64,000 nt of DNA from Spirochaetota bacterium. Lineage in GTDB: Bacteria > Spirochaetota > UBA4802 > JAFGDQ01. The notes beneath the pieces were generated by a model. The model searched no databases. It worked only from the letters and a program-made list of their open reading frames with translations, and was not told where the DNA came from. This document shows positions 28,019 through 39,422 of the stretch, one piece after another (within the stretch, counting starts at the first letter, position 1; each line of letters begins with the position of its first letter). The translations under genes and the position numbers were made by a program. The stretch lies in assembly GCA_043803405.1 (NCBI GenBank), contig JAZDKB010000044.1:14742-78741 (forward strand). Direction: 5' to 3'.

Positions 28019-28127
28019 TAGACCTTGACTGAGTTTAAAATTAAAAAATATTTTAGAAATACTCGTCTACATCCATGAATAAATTATCTCATTCTAATAA
28101 TGAAAAATACTCCGATCGTACTTAATT

Positions 28128-28577
28128 TTAAAAATGCCCGTAAACGATTAAATTTATTAGCCTGGCTATAAAATAAGCTCCTACAAAAAGAATAAGCGGA
28201 ACCGTTAATACAAGATACCCCATTTCTTTATTTGTTATAAATCCGGAATGCAATACTTTTTTTCCGAATATATTGTAATGAAAATTTTTTGGATCCCTAT
28301 TCCGTACATAAACTTTAGTAGACACTAAGATAATAATACAAAATGCGAGAATCATTAAATAACCTGAAAGAAGCCAGAATAAAAGAAGAAAGTCAATCGA
28401 GTTATTTATCCACGAAAAAAAATATGCGAGCACAAGTACAATACACAGGACTCCAAAACACAGGCATGTAATAATGAAAAAAAGTTTCCGGTAAATTGAC
28501 TTCTTTGTCCAAATATATTGAATAAGAATGATTATACTTAATGCAAATGGGATGCAAAATGTTATCGTTAATATCAT
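28128..28577 (-). CDS. Hypothetical 4-TM membrane protein (paralog 2)
   Basis: Loop DPKNFHYNIFGKKVLHSGF; GAYFIARLI; colinear with 27572-28018. Confidence 0.75.
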   Translation of the reverse strand: MILTITFCIPFALSIIILIQYIWTKKSIYRKLFFIITCLCFGVLCIVLVLAYFFSWINNSIDFLLLFWLLSGYLMILAFCIIILVSTKVYVRNRDPKNFHYNIFGKKVLHSGFITNKEMGYLVLTVPLILFVGAYFIARLINLIVYGHF

Positions 28578-28763
28578 TATTCTTTTATAGAATTTTACAT
28601 AGATATTCAGAGAAAGTCAATAAGCGGACGCTTCTCTTTGTAAATAATTCTCCGGCAGCATCCGGAGATGGAGGTTCCCCTGATATGAATATCCTAACCA
28701 GGTTATTCCCGCACACAGTAATCCCAAAGTCAGTTTGTACAGCATCACAGAAATGACGGCAAC

Positions 28764-30080
28764 TTAATGGACAAATTTTCTCATTCTAATGTTAATTAAA
28801 ATACCGACAGAGATCATTGACATCACAAGGTTGGAGCCTCCATAGGATAAAAAACACAATGGTAATCCGGTTACAGGCATTATGCCCAGCGCCATTCCGA
28901 TATTAACAAATATGTGGTAGAAAAAAATTGCACTTATTCCGCTTGCCAGGAGAGCACCGTACTTATCTTTGGATTCCAATGCTATTTGAATACCTCGAAA
29001 AACTATTATGGAAAGCAAAATTATAATTATTATGGAACCTATAAATCCCCATTCTTCAGCTACTACTGAAAAAATAAAATCAGATGTTTTTTCCGGCAAA
29101 AATCCAAGTTGTGACTGGCTGCCGTTTAAAAATCCTTTGCCGAAAAATCCGCCGGAACCGACTGCTATTTTTGACTGTATAATGTTATAGCCCGAACCGT
29201 GAGGATCCAGATCTGGATTTAAAAATACCAGTATTCTTCTTTTCTGATACTCCTTTAGGAAATGTTGAATAATTACGGAAAATAATAATCCAAGCGAAAG
29301 TACGGCTGATGGGATATATATCTTTCTGTAATATTTCTTTATAAAGAAAAAATTAAGTATAAATGTTACTATAGCTATAATCAGTAAAATACCGGAAACA
29401 ATGAATAATAGATTTAAATCTTTAAAAAAGTCGAGCAGAAAATTCGAAGCTTCCTGCCCGACCCATTCTCTGTATGTAAGCACCATGGGGACTGTCAGGG
29501 CAATTACAGCTATTCCGATAATCGATAAAAGATGGGACACGTCTGCGCCTCCTACAAAAAGAAGGGTAAATAATATCGGAATAAACATCATTGCTGTTCC
29601 GAAATCGGGCTGCTTTAATATTATAAGCATCGGTATGATCGTTAAAAGGGTAGGGATCAGCAGTTCCTTAAAGTTCCTGATATCCCTCTCTCTGAACTCA
29701 AGATACTTCCCCAGCAGAATTATTAAACCTAGTTTCATAAATTCCGAAGGCTGCACGGCAAATAGACCCAGGTTAAGCCACGCCCTTGTGTTCCTTACCG
29801 GGGAGCTGAAAATTGTAGTAAAAGCCAGGAGCAATAAAAATCCTGTATAAATCTGTACAGAGTATTCGCTCAGGATTTTATAATTCATAAAAGAAATAGC
29901 CATCATTATAACAAAACCGAAAATAAACCATAATAGCTGTTTTTTGTACAAGCCTTTGTTTATTTTTTCAATGGGATCAAACCCGGCGCTGTAGATCATC
30001 AGCACGCCTATCAAAACAAGAAGCGTTACTGCAAATACCAGTACATAATCAATTCTGTAGATTTCGTCTTTTCGCGGCAT
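28764..30080 (-). CDS. rodA: Rod shape-determining SEDS protein RodA
   Basis: QPSEFMK, QPDFGTA, GYNIIQS.IA.GSGG..GKG, LPE..SDFIF, LSYGGS. Confidence 0.95.
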   Translation of the reverse strand: MPRKDEIYRIDYVLVFAVTLLVLIGVLMIYSAGFDPIEKINKGLYKKQLLWFIFGFVIMMAISFMNYKILSEYSVQIYTGFLLLLAFTTIFSSPVRNTRAWLNLGLFAVQPSEFMKLGLIILLGKYLEFRERDIRNFKELLIPTLLTIIPMLIILKQPDFGTAMMFIPILFTLLFVGGADVSHLLSIIGIAVIALTVPMVLTYREWVGQEASNFLLDFFKDLNLLFIVSGILLIIAIVTFILNFFFIKKYYRKIYIPSAVLSLGLLFSVIIQHFLKEYQKRRILVFLNPDLDPHGSGYNIIQSKIAVGSGGFFGKGFLNGSQSQLGFLPEKTSDFIFSVVAEEWGFIGSIIIIILLSIIVFRGIQIALESKDKYGALLASGISAIFFYHIFVNIGMALGIMPVTGLPLCFLSYGGSNLVMSMISVGILINIRMRKFVH

Positions 30081-31906
30081 TAGAAGTACCCTAATGAAAC
30101 AAGTTTTAAATATATTTTTTCCGCCACAGGAACTGCACTTGAAGCTCCGGCTACACCGTATTCTACGAATACAACTACTGCAATTGCTTTGCTTACATCG
30201 CCGTTATAAGGAGCATAGCTCATTGACCAGGCATGCTGGCTGTAATCCTCTTTACGTACTGATCGTGTCTGTGCGGTTCCGGTTTTTCCTGCTATGGGAA
30301 CTTTAATATAGCCTAGCCTTCCAGAAGTGCCGTATGTTACCGAAGAACGCATGCCGGATTTAATCGTATTCATGGTAAGTTCGGATAAAGGAACTTCTCT
30401 TATTTTTTCCGGCTTAAAAGTTTTAATTATTTTTGTATTATCCGGAGAACGGATTTCTTTTATAATATGCGGCTTAAAAACGACGCCATTATTTACAAGT
30501 CCTGAAAGAAAATCAGCAATACCGATTGTTGTTGTACTTATAAATCCCTGGCCTATCGAAAGGTTAACCGTATCTCCGTCGTACCATTGCTGACCGAATG
30601 TTTTAAGTTTCCATGCTTTGGAAGGAATAAATCCTGTAGTTTCGCCCGGAAGGTCTATACCTGTTTTATCACCAAGTCCCAGGTAGTCGGCATACTTTAA
30701 CATTATCGTAGGAGTTGCAGCCAGACCAACCTGATAAAAATATACGCTGCACGATTTTGCAATTGCTCCTTCCATGTCCAGTGTTCCGTGCTGTTGATAG
30801 CAGTAAATATCCTTATCAATATAGCCCTTAAGCGTATATTTTCCCGGGCAATATTTAGTCCATCCGGGTTTCCATTTATCTTCCTCAAGGGCGGAAATTG
30901 CCGTAACAATTTTAAACATGGAAGCAGGCGGAAATTTTGCCTGTAAAGCCCTGTTAAGGAACGGTTTATCTTTATTGCTGTATAATCCGGAGATAATCTT
31001 TTCATTGTTCCTGGAGATAATTAAATTCGGATCAATATCGGGCTTGCTTAATAGCGCTATGATTTCGCCGGTAGACGGCTTTATTACTACAACGGCACCC
31101 TTTTGTCCTTCCATTGCTTCGCTGGCAACGCTTTGAATTTCGGAATCGATCGTCAATACAAGATTATTCCCGGCAATAGGCGTTGATCCGATCTCTTCGC
31201 CTTCCAGTCTGTTTTTAACGTCAACAATTCTTCTTACAAATCCGTCAATTCCTCTAAGGGTCAAATCATATTCGCTTTCGACCCCGGACTTCCCGATTTT
31301 CTGATAATGTTTATATCCGCTTGCCTTATATTTCAGATATTCGTCCCTACTGATGCTTCCGACATATCCGATTGCATGAAAAAATTTTTTTCCTGAATTA
31401 TATACTCTTACCGGTTCATCGTTCCAGTCGATATTCGGGAATTTTTCTTTGTTTGATGCCAGTTTAATAATGATTTCAAGCGGGACATCTTCCTTAATTA
31501 TTACGCGTTCCCATGGATTCTGCTGATTTATAATTTGATATATATCTTCATAGGGGGTTTTAAGGACACGCGAGAGTTTCTTTACTATACGTTCAAATTG
31601 CTTTTTATCTGTAAATCTGGCCGGTATAGTGCTTATATTAAAGGACGGCCTGTTGGAAACAATTATGGTGTTGTCGTTGCCAGGCATAAAATTTCTATCA
31701 TATATTTCTCCTCTCGGAGCCGGGATCGGAATATTATTTTCCATGTTCATTTTGGATTTGCGTTTGTATTCTTCGCCCTGGATTAATTGAATATTTACAA
31801 CTTGAATTATCAGGAAACCGAATAGAACCGAAACAATTGCCAGGAAAGTAAACATTCTGAATCTGAATACTTCCAACATCCGGAGTTTAAGAGATGATTG
31901 CGCCAT
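30080..31906 (-). CDS. mrdA: Penicillin-binding protein 2
   Basis: APRGEIYDRN, PPASMFK (SxxK), KTGTAQ; in the mre cluster. Confidence 0.95.
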   Translation of the reverse strand: MAQSSLKLRMLEVFRFRMFTFLAIVSVLFGFLIIQVVNIQLIQGEEYKRKSKMNMENNIPIPAPRGEIYDRNFMPGNDNTIIVSNRPSFNISTIPARFTDKKQFERIVKKLSRVLKTPYEDIYQIINQQNPWERVIIKEDVPLEIIIKLASNKEKFPNIDWNDEPVRVYNSGKKFFHAIGYVGSISRDEYLKYKASGYKHYQKIGKSGVESEYDLTLRGIDGFVRRIVDVKNRLEGEEIGSTPIAGNNLVLTIDSEIQSVASEAMEGQKGAVVVIKPSTGEIIALLSKPDIDPNLIISRNNEKIISGLYSNKDKPFLNRALQAKFPPASMFKIVTAISALEEDKWKPGWTKYCPGKYTLKGYIDKDIYCYQQHGTLDMEGAIAKSCSVYFYQVGLAATPTIMLKYADYLGLGDKTGIDLPGETTGFIPSKAWKLKTFGQQWYDGDTVNLSIGQGFISTTTIGIADFLSGLVNNGVVFKPHIIKEIRSPDNTKIIKTFKPEKIREVPLSELTMNTIKSGMRSSVTYGTSGRLGYIKVPIAGKTGTAQTRSVRKEDYSQHAWSMSYAPYNGDVSKAIAVVVFVEYGVAGASSAVPVAEKIYLKLVSLGYF

Positions 31907-32410
31907 CTATGAACTCCCCTCCACAGATAAAGCGTCTTTAAATAATTTATCGTAAAGCAGGAAAAGAGGGGGCGCGAGCAATGCATTATAAAAAGATTCA
32001 GGAAAGATAATACTTACGATTGTTGATATGGCACCTTCATGAAAAATATAACATAAAAATAATGTGATTATACCTTTAAGTAAAGATGCGATAAATACCA
32101 TCAGAAAAACGGTTAAGACATTCCCTTTTAAAATTGATCTGCCGAACATCCCGACAATAAATCCAAGCGCCATTTTGGGGAATGCCAAAAGGCCCAGCGG
32201 AGAAATGGAAATGGCGTCATGTAAAAGTCCGCTGATGAATCCCGTCATTTCTCCATAGAAAGATCCGAAACTGTAAGCAAAGTAGACAACTGCAATAAAG
32301 ACAAGATCCGGCTTAACTTCGGCAATTCTCAAAATATCGAAAGAGGAGTGTCCCTGAATTATTAATGATACTATCACAAGAGCGCCGGTATATATATATG
32401 TACTAATCAT
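31907..32410 (-). CDS. mreD: Rod shape-determining protein MreD
   Basis: Hydrophobic, PDL..I, GLLHD; between mreC and mrdA; start moved to 32410. Confidence 0.88.
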   Translation of the reverse strand: MISTYIYTGALVIVSLIIQGHSSFDILRIAEVKPDLVFIAVVYFAYSFGSFYGEMTGFISGLLHDAISISPLGLLAFPKMALGFIVGMFGRSILKGNVLTVFLMVFIASLLKGIITLFLCYIFHEGAISTIVSIIFPESFYNALLAPPLFLLYDKLFKDALSVEGSS

Positions 32411-32414
32411 CGAT

Positions 32415-33281
32415 TTATCGATCCTCATCATCGAGCAGTTCCAGTAATTCCGGATCAGGCTCCTTTTTAAGTATAAACACTTCCTCAATCTGAGAATAAT
32501 CAATTATTGGTTTAATTAATACTTTCTGAAAGCTGCTCGATTCAATTATTATTGATTTTACCGTTTTTCCTACGAGGAGACCCTGTGGGAATATCCCGCC
32601 CTGGCCGGAAGTAATTACCGTATCTCCCACTTTTACAGGAACAGTTCTGTTTAAATAATTCATAATGCACAGATTGGAATTCGGTGAATAACCCGATAAA
32701 AGACCCTGGAATCGGTTTTCCTGAAGCATTACTCCGATATTCATGTCAGTTGATACTATAGGCTGTATCCTTGATACGCTTCCTCTGACTTCTATAACCT
32801 TTCCGAATACAGCTTTTTCGTCACCGCTGAAAGAAATTACCGGCATATTGACTTTAATCCCGTCGTTCTTGCCCCTGTCGATTATTATAGTTCTAAACCA
32901 GTTATCCGGATCTTTGGATATTATGGTTGCCGGCAGAAATTCATAGGTGAGACGCTCCTTAATTGAGAGCTGTTTTCTTAATCTGGAATTTTCTCTTTTA
33001 ATTTCACTCAACTCTTCGGAAAAAGCTTCGTATTTACGCAGCTTTTCCCTTGTTTTGTGCAGTTCTTCCCTTACATCGCCCAGTTCGCTGAAGCCGGCCC
33101 ATAACTTGTGCATACCGTCCTGCAATCTGTCATAGCCTTTCTGAAAAGGCATTATAAACCAGCTTCCGATCCCTTCAACGGACATTGTAAAAGCTGAGGT
33201 CTGTAAGGATAAGGAGACAATGCAAAAAAGGGTACAGAGTACAAACGCAAGGATTGTTTTATGTTTAATTATAAAATCCAA
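32415..33281 (-). CDS. mreC: Rod shape-determining protein MreC
   Basis: TM plus coiled coil; [27 protein letters not shown]. Confidence 0.93.
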   Translation of the reverse strand: MDFIIKHKTILAFVLCTLFCIVSLSLQTSAFTMSVEGIGSWFIMPFQKGYDRLQDGMHKLWAGFSELGDVREELHKTREKLRKYEAFSEELSEIKRENSRLRKQLSIKERLTYEFLPATIISKDPDNWFRTIIIDRGKNDGIKVNMPVISFSGDEKAVFGKVIEVRGSVSRIQPIVSTDMNIGVMLQENRFQGLLSGYSPNSNLCIMNYLNRTVPVKVGDTVITSGQGGIFPQGLLVGKTVKSIIIESSSFQKVLIKPIIDYSQIEEVFILKKEPDPELLELLDDEDR

Positions 33282-33284
33282 ATT

Positions 33285-34310
33285 TTATTTAAAATGATGC
33301 CTGTTTAAATTTTTTATTTCCTCAAGGAATTTGCCGGCGCCCATAACAACACATGTAAGCGGGTTTTCCGCCTTTATGGCAGGGACTCCGGTTTCTTTGC
33401 TTATGAATTTATCAAGACCTTTTAAAAGAGACCCGCCGCCCGTCATTACAATCCCTCTTTCCACAATATCCGCGGCCAGTTCCGGAGGGGTTCTTTCCAG
33501 AGCGTGTTTAATTGCGTCTAATATCTGATCAACAGGTTCTTTTAAAGCTTTTCTTATTTCGGAAGAATCAATTTCAAGGGTGCGCGGAAGGCCGGAAATC
33601 GCGTCTCTGCCTTTTAATTCCATTGTTTCCGCTTTCTTTTCCGGAAACACATTGCCTATCCTTATTTTTACTTCTTCTGCCATTCTTTCCCCGATCACCA
33701 GGTTGTACTGCGTTCTCATGTATTTCATGATAGCTTCGTCAAATTCATCGCCCGCAATCCTGATCGAATCTGCGATTACCATTCCACCAAGAGATATTAC
33801 GGCAATCTCGGTTGTGCCACCGCCTATATCTACTACCATGTGCCCGGCGGGTTCATGAATCGGAATATTTGCGCCTATTGCAGCTGCAAGTGCCTCTTCT
33901 ATCAGGAATATCTCCCTTGCGCCCGCCTGCTCACAGGATTCTCTAACAGCTCTTTTCTCAACTTCCGTAATACCTGAAGGTACACCTACCACCATTCTGG
34001 GCCTTACAAGAGCTCTTCTTTTATGTACTTTTTGAATAAAATATCTGATCATTTTTTCGACAGTTTCAAAATCCGCGATAACTCCGTCTTTCATAGGACG
34101 AATCGCGACTATGTCACCTGGAGTTCTGCCGAGCATTCTTTTGGCTTCCTGTCCTACTGCCAGTACTCTTGATGTACTCGTTTGTACGGCAACGACAGAA
34201 GGTTCGCTTAATACTATTCCCTGACCTTTGACATGTACAAGCGTATTTGCCGTACCAAGGTCAATTCCCATATCGTTTGAAAACAAACTGTAAATCGCAT
34301 CAAATATCAT
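33285..34310 (-). CDS. mreB: Actin-like MreB
   Basis: [41 protein letters not shown]. Confidence 0.98.
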   Translation of the reverse strand: MIFDAIYSLFSNDMGIDLGTANTLVHVKGQGIVLSEPSVVAVQTSTSRVLAVGQEAKRMLGRTPGDIVAIRPMKDGVIADFETVEKMIRYFIQKVHKRRALVRPRMVVGVPSGITEVEKRAVRESCEQAGAREIFLIEEALAAAIGANIPIHEPAGHMVVDIGGGTTEIAVISLGGMVIADSIRIAGDEFDEAIMKYMRTQYNLVIGERMAEEVKIRIGNVFPEKKAETMELKGRDAISGLPRTLEIDSSEIRKALKEPVDQILDAIKHALERTPPELAADIVERGIVMTGGGSLLKGLDKFISKETGVPAIKAENPLTCVVMGAGKFLEEIKNLNRHHFK

Positions 34311-34443
34311 ATTGTCTTTTCACACTCACTTCTTATTTCTTTTATATTTAAGGAAAATGAAATAATCTCAACTGCTGCAATAATTACAACAATTATTTCG
34401 CTTATAACTAAATTATTTTAAATATCCTTTGGATTTCCTGCTT

Positions 34444-35445
34444 TTACATCAAACCCAGCAGTTTCTTTGCTTCTTTATTTGACTGATCGGACGCTAAAAC
34501 TTCAGACCAAATTGCTTTAGCTTTTGTTTTTTCTCCCAGAGCAGAATAATTTTTACCAATCCATATTTTTAACAGGTTATCCCTTCCGTCAATTTTGAGC
34601 GCATTAGTAAAATGCATAAGTGATTCTTTATAAAGGGATTGGTTAAAGTATATTTTGCCTAGATTCATATTAGCCGATTTAATTAAATTACTGTCCGAAC
34701 AATTATCCAGGATGTTTCTGAAACTCATGATCGAATCCGTATATTTCCCGGCAATATTATAGGCAGATGCCAAAAAGAAGCGGCCGTTTATAGTATCTGA
34801 GATCATCCCGTGCTTTTTTAGAATTTCGAGGCCATACTCTTCTTTTTTATTTAAAATATTAATTATCGATAAAAATCTTATGTCGTTTACATTTGAGATT
34901 GATTCAATGTTGCCTATTCTTTCGACGGTTTTATATATGTCTTTTGTGTTGTAATAATTACAATAAAAAGATGCTTTTGCCATTATAAATAAAAGTTCCG
35001 GTTTTATTTCTTCGGACATGGAAAGAGCAATACCTTTTTTTATACTTTTTATTGCGTTGAAGAATTCAATTTTTGCTTTTTCCTCTGTACAATTAAAACT
35101 ATCACTCATAATAAATTCGGAAAAACTCTTATTTAAATAAAATTCGCCTAAATGAAAATGAATTTTGCCGGCAAGAAGGAATGTGCCGGCGGATATTTGA
35201 TGTTTGTCGTTATAGTCAGCAGATATCCGGCATATTTCCTCTAATTTATGTTTTTTCATTACAGGATCGCTGATCTTTAAAGCATCTTCCAGTTCTGAGT
35301 TGATTTTATTATACGTATATTTCCAGAAAAAAATATAGTGCTGATATGTTTTACCTAAATATAAAATACCGGCTATCACAATAAGTAAAAGCGATATCTT
35401 ATAAATTTTTTTATTTTTTCTTTTTGATTTATAGCTATAATACAT
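34444..35445 (-). CDS. Membrane-anchored TPR protein
   Basis: N-terminal TM; C-terminal TPR-like helices (NLGKIYF..ALKID; WIGKNY..LG..AKA.W). Confidence 0.75.
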   Translation of the reverse strand: MYYSYKSKRKNKKIYKISLLLIVIAGILYLGKTYQHYIFFWKYTYNKINSELEDALKISDPVMKKHKLEEICRISADYNDKHQISAGTFLLAGKIHFHLGEFYLNKSFSEFIMSDSFNCTEEKAKIEFFNAIKSIKKGIALSMSEEIKPELLFIMAKASFYCNYYNTKDIYKTVERIGNIESISNVNDIRFLSIINILNKKEEYGLEILKKHGMISDTINGRFFLASAYNIAGKYTDSIMSFRNILDNCSDSNLIKSANMNLGKIYFNQSLYKESLMHFTNALKIDGRDNLLKIWIGKNYSALGEKTKAKAIWSEVLASDQSNKEAKKLLGLM

Positions 35446-36085
35446 TTGTTAAATTATTCTTAAATAGTTGTTTCAGCTTTACTAAAAGCGCAGCATCTTT
35501 CTTAAAAAGAAATAAGCGCAGCACATTGCTTCCTTTAATGAACAGAACAATAAAATTGTTGCCGCTTTTGATATTGGCTATGCGGCGGAAATCGAACCTG
35601 TACAATTTTTTTCCGGCTCTAAAATTTATTCCGTCGTTCAGTATCTCAATATTTCCTGGTCCGATTCTTTTAATTTTTTTATATTCTTCCAGCGTCGAGT
35701 CAATTATGCTGTCATTATTGTTGTAATTAATAATACTGGAAGAATCCTCATATAAAACAACGGGAGTGTCATAAGACATAGCTTCATCGCTGAATGGAAT
35801 TTCAGCTTCGGATCTTTCCTCTCCAAATGGATTATCCTGGTTAATAATTTTGTGTTGTTCGAGGGAAGTGTTTTTATCTTCGTTTTTATTATTAGTTATT
35901 GGAGCTGCTTCTTCGCTGGTTTTTTCAGATCTTAATATCCGCTCTTTACTGAAAAAAGGCGGCTTGGTGCGATTGGTTTCTTTATCAGTATCAGATTTAT
36001 CGGTTTCTTTTTTTGTTATGGAAGCAACAGTAAAGATGATAAAAAATATTCCGGATACTATCAGGATTAAACTTAAATACAGCAT
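35435..36085 (-). CDS. Hypothetical membrane-anchored protein
   Basis: N-terminal TM, charged linker, globular C-terminus; overlaps the next gene. Confidence 0.7.
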   Translation of the reverse strand: MLYLSLILIVSGIFFIIFTVASITKKETDKSDTDKETNRTKPPFFSKERILRSEKTSEEAAPITNNKNEDKNTSLEQHKIINQDNPFGEERSEAEIPFSDEAMSYDTPVVLYEDSSSIINYNNNDSIIDSTLEEYKKIKRIGPGNIEILNDGINFRAGKKLYRFDFRRIANIKSGNNFIVLFIKGSNVLRLFLFKKDAALLVKLKQLFKNNLTNVL

Positions 36086-36323
36086 ATTGATTTTGTTTTA
36101 TTAAAAATTAATAAATTTTATTATTTATTTACGATTTTTAAACAACTTATACAATGAATCTTTTGAGAGATATATATTATTAAGATTTATTTTTTTAAAC
36201 AACAGTCGAGCGGAACGTACGGTTGTTTGTCCTGATTAAGCTGGGAAAGCAATCCTGCTTAATCATTAAGCAACAATAAATCCGTTTATCTTCTTTGCAA
36301 TATTTTACTGTGTCAAGGATTTT

Positions 36324-36980
36324 TCACTTTAAAGCGAGCAGTTCTTTTGTCATACGGATTCTGCGATCAAGTTCGTCAAATTCATTTTTTTCGATAAGCT
36401 TGCTGTCGACAATATATGAAGCTCCGCATGCAATTACTCTTTCGGTTTTCAGATATTCGGCGATGTTTTTTTCGTTTATACCGCCTGTGGGAACCAGGTA
36501 AAAATCCTTCATTTTAAAAGGAGCTGTAATTGCCTTAATGTACTCTGTGCCGCCCATGTTCGCAGCAGGAAAAATTTTAATGAATTTTAAATCTGCCTTA
36601 ATTGCAGAGTTAAGTTCGCTAGGAGTCAGGACTCCGGGAATAAAATTAATTTTTTTTGACAGGGCATAATTGACTACATCAAAATCCAGTCCTGGAGCCA
36701 CGCCGAACATAGCACCGGAATCGACGGCTTCTTTAAGCGCATCTGCTGATAATACACTTCCGGCACCTACGATTAGTTCGGGGAAATTATCCCTGATTTC
36801 TTTTAAACATTTAAAAGCTATTGCCGTTCTAAGGGTAATTTCCAGCAGGTTTACTGAGTTTTTAAGAAGTAATTCCGCAGTTCTGATTGCATTGTTTATA
36901 TCGCTGAAAACAGCAATCGGAATAACTTTACTTTTTTTAAGTATTTCCAGTAAGTTTATATTTTTAGTTTCGGATAACAT
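36324..36980 (-). CDS. eda: KDPG/KHG aldolase
   Basis: LEITLRT, VGAGSV, PG..TPSE, KIFPA, PTGGI. Confidence 0.93.
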   Translation of the reverse strand: MLSETKNINLLEILKKSKVIPIAVFSDINNAIRTAELLLKNSVNLLEITLRTAIAFKCLKEIRDNFPELIVGAGSVLSADALKEAVDSGAMFGVAPGLDFDVVNYALSKKINFIPGVLTPSELNSAIKADLKFIKIFPAANMGGTEYIKAITAPFKMKDFYLVPTGGINEKNIAEYLKTERVIACGASYIVDSKLIEKNEFDELDRRIRMTKELLALK

Positions 36981-37324
36981 AGCTCAATTTGATTGCCGTC
37001 TGGATCTAAAAATACTATGCTTTGACCTTTTCTTATGTTTTCCGGTCCGGATACAATAGGGATTTCCTTTTCTTTCAGTTCATCAACAGCGTCCTCAAAA
37101 TCATCTTCATCTACAATAAAGCTGACACGGTTTTTTGTATCTCCAGGGTTTTTTAATTTTTCCGCTTCGTACAGACTAATAATAATATCCCCTTCTTTTA
37201 TAAAAGCCTGTCCCGAATTGTTTTCAATAACTTCAAAATCAAATAATTCTCTGTAAAATTTTATCGAATTTTCTAGATTAGAAACTGTCAGTCCCAAATA
37301 ATTTATGCTTTCAATTACTATCAT
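36956..37324 (-). CDS. VOC/glyoxalase-family protein
   Basis: L.VSNLE.SI.FY..LF.F; F.DPDGNQIEL. Confidence 0.88.
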   Translation of the reverse strand: MIVIESINYLGLTVSNLENSIKFYRELFDFEVIENNSGQAFIKEGDIIISLYEAEKLKNPGDTKNRVSFIVDEDDFEDAVDELKEKEIPIVSGPENIRKGQSIVFLDPDGNQIELCYPKLKI

Positions 37325-37568
37325 TATAAGTCTCCGTTGTCTGCGTGAATATATCCTTATGCTATCGCTACTGCAATTATTCTTTTATTTTGTTCAATTC
37401 CTAATATATATGTTTTAACGTGTCAATAAATATAAATAACAGCCGAGATTTTTCTTGTAGTTTTTATATATCGGGTCAGTTTAAAGCTTTAAAAATTATT
37501 TTGTTTTTTCCGATTTTTAACTCGGGGTGTTTTTATAGACCGTTTACAGGATCTGCGGCAAACTGTTT

Positions 37569-38381
37569 TCATCCTATTTTACCATAGTCACCGAATATTT
37601 CGGAAATCGCATGCTCAATATCCCTTTGCTTCATGAATCTTTCTCCAATTAAAAAACCATCTGCTCCGCTGTCCCGTAGAAGGCTAACATCGTCCCTTGA
37701 GTTTATTCCGCTTTCCGAAATAATGAGCTTGTCTGAAGGTCTGCCTTCCGAGTTGATTATATTTATTGTAGTATGTATGTCTGTAACGAAAGTTTTAAGA
37801 TCACGGTTATTGATGCCGATCATGTTAAAATTGTTATCCAATGCCCGCCTGTATTCGCTTGAAGTATGTGTCTCAAAAAGTATTCCTAAGTTCAGATCGA
37901 GCGCCGCTTTTCTTAAATCTTCCAGTTCGGAATCCGTTAAAATGGCGGAAATAAAAAGCACTGCAGATGCTCCCTCGGCAAATCCTTTGTAGATCTGATA
38001 TTTATCTATTATGAAATCCTTCATAAGCAATGGTTTGGCTGCTATATCCTTTGCTTTTTTTAAATACTGGTAGCTCCCCAGAAAATAATCCGGCTCAGTA
38101 AGCACTGAAATAGCGTTTACGTAAGAGGATGATTTGTATGCCTGTGCAATTTCGTCGATATTAAAATCTTCCCTGATTAAACCCCTGGAAGGAGAAGCCT
38201 TTTTTATCTCTGCGACCAGGAAAGGAATATTTATATTACGCCCACATAAAAAATCGGCAGGCGCATAGCCGGAAGAAATCAAATCATCTATTTTTTTTCT
38301 GATCTTTTTTTCCGGAACCTGCTGTTTTTCTTTTTCCAGCAGCATTCTTCTGTTATTTATTATTTTTTCCAGCACTGTCAT
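37569..38381 (-). CDS. trpC: Indole-3-glycerol phosphate synthase
   Basis: AEIKKASPSRG, ISVLTE..YF.GS, KDFIID.YQI, GINNRDL, ISESGI. Confidence 0.96.
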   Translation of the reverse strand: MTVLEKIINNRRMLLEKEKQQVPEKKIRKKIDDLISSGYAPADFLCGRNINIPFLVAEIKKASPSRGLIREDFNIDEIAQAYKSSSYVNAISVLTEPDYFLGSYQYLKKAKDIAAKPLLMKDFIIDKYQIYKGFAEGASAVLFISAILTDSELEDLRKAALDLNLGILFETHTSSEYRRALDNNFNMIGINNRDLKTFVTDIHTTINIINSEGRPSDKLIISESGINSRDDVSLLRDSGADGFLIGERFMKQRDIEHAISEIFGDYGKIG

Positions 38382-38985
38382 TTTCGATCTCTTTAACTTT
38401 AATATCCTTCAAATGAATTGTAATAACCTCACCAAGCTTATATGAATCCAGGCTAAAATCTTTAAGCCTGCCGGAAACCGAAATAAGCTTTTTTGATCTC
38501 ACCCATTTTGCTAAAAGCTCGGGTTTTTTTTCAACAATCTTTATAAAAGTATCCTGCTGAATATCGCCTTTAACCTGCAGCCATCTCCCAAACACGAGAT
38601 TGCAGTGCAGCTCTTTTTCATATTTTTCTTCCGGAGAGACAAGGACATATTCATAATCGGTCAAAATTTCTTTGTCAATAATGCTTATCAGATATTTTGT
38701 AACGACACGTCTATAGTGTCGTTTGTTTTTTAATAGACCCTGGTTCCATTTGATATAATGTTTTCTTAAAATAATGTAGTTATTATATGCATCAGTTGAA
38801 GTTTCCGGAATTGCTTTGCCGGAAGTTTCTGCATATACGCAGTTTTTAAAAAAGGAAGATGTAAATTTTTTATCGGAATAATAATAAAATCGGCTATTTT
38901 TTGCACTCTCAACGAAGATTGCGGTATCCCTGTAAGCGAAGAGAATAAAACAACAAATTTGTAAAATTATTATTATTTTTTTCAA
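38353..38985 (-). CDS. Hypothetical exported protein
   Basis: 210-aa ORF with a hydrophobic N-terminus, overlapping the trpC start. Confidence 0.6.
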   Translation of the reverse strand: MKKIIIILQICCFILFAYRDTAIFVESAKNSRFYYYSDKKFTSSFFKNCVYAETSGKAIPETSTDAYNNYIILRKHYIKWNQGLLKNKRHYRRVVTKYLISIIDKEILTDYEYVLVSPEEKYEKELHCNLVFGRWLQVKGDIQQDTFIKIVEKKPELLAKWVRSKKLISVSGRLKDFSLDSYKLGEVITIHLKDIKVKEIENDSAGKNNK

Positions 38986-39060
38986 GATATTTAAATAGCC
39001 ATATTTTAATATCAGGAAATTTATTTCAATGTTGTCAAAAAAGATTTTGAAAATAAAAAT

Positions 39061-39089
39061 ATATCTACCCCCGAAAAGGGGATAGATAT
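39061..39089 (-). terminator. Terminator after the ferredoxin gene
   Basis: atatctatcccc-tttt-cgggggtagatat then a T-rich tract on the minus strand. Confidence 0.65.
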
Positions 39090-39114
39090 ATTGATGAATA
39101 TGAATAATTAAGGA

Positions 39115-39285
39115 TTAACCTTCAACTATTGCTTCATTCGGGCATGAATCTTTGCATGTGCCGCAGTCAGTGCAGGTTTCCGGATCTATTACGTATTTAT
39201 CTTCACCTTCTTTTATTGATCCTGACGGACACTCGTCTGCACATACACCACATGACACGCAATCATCGGTAATCTTATAAGGCAT
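39115..39285 (-). CDS. 2x[4Fe-4S] clostridial-type ferredoxin (56 aa)
   Basis: CVSCGVCADECP and CTDCGTCKDSCP; RBS ggagg before MPYKI. Confidence 0.95.
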   Translation of the reverse strand: MPYKITDDCVSCGVCADECPSGSIKEGEDKYVIDPETCTDCGTCKDSCPNEAIVEG

Positions 39286-39422
39286 GGATTTCCTCCATAA
39301 AGTTATCATTTTTTCAAGAATTATATTTAAAATAAATCTTGATTAAAACCAAAAATAAAGCTTTTTGATTGTTGCTAGGGATTGAAAATAATTTGCAGTT
39401 TCTGTCAAGCTTTTTATTAAGA

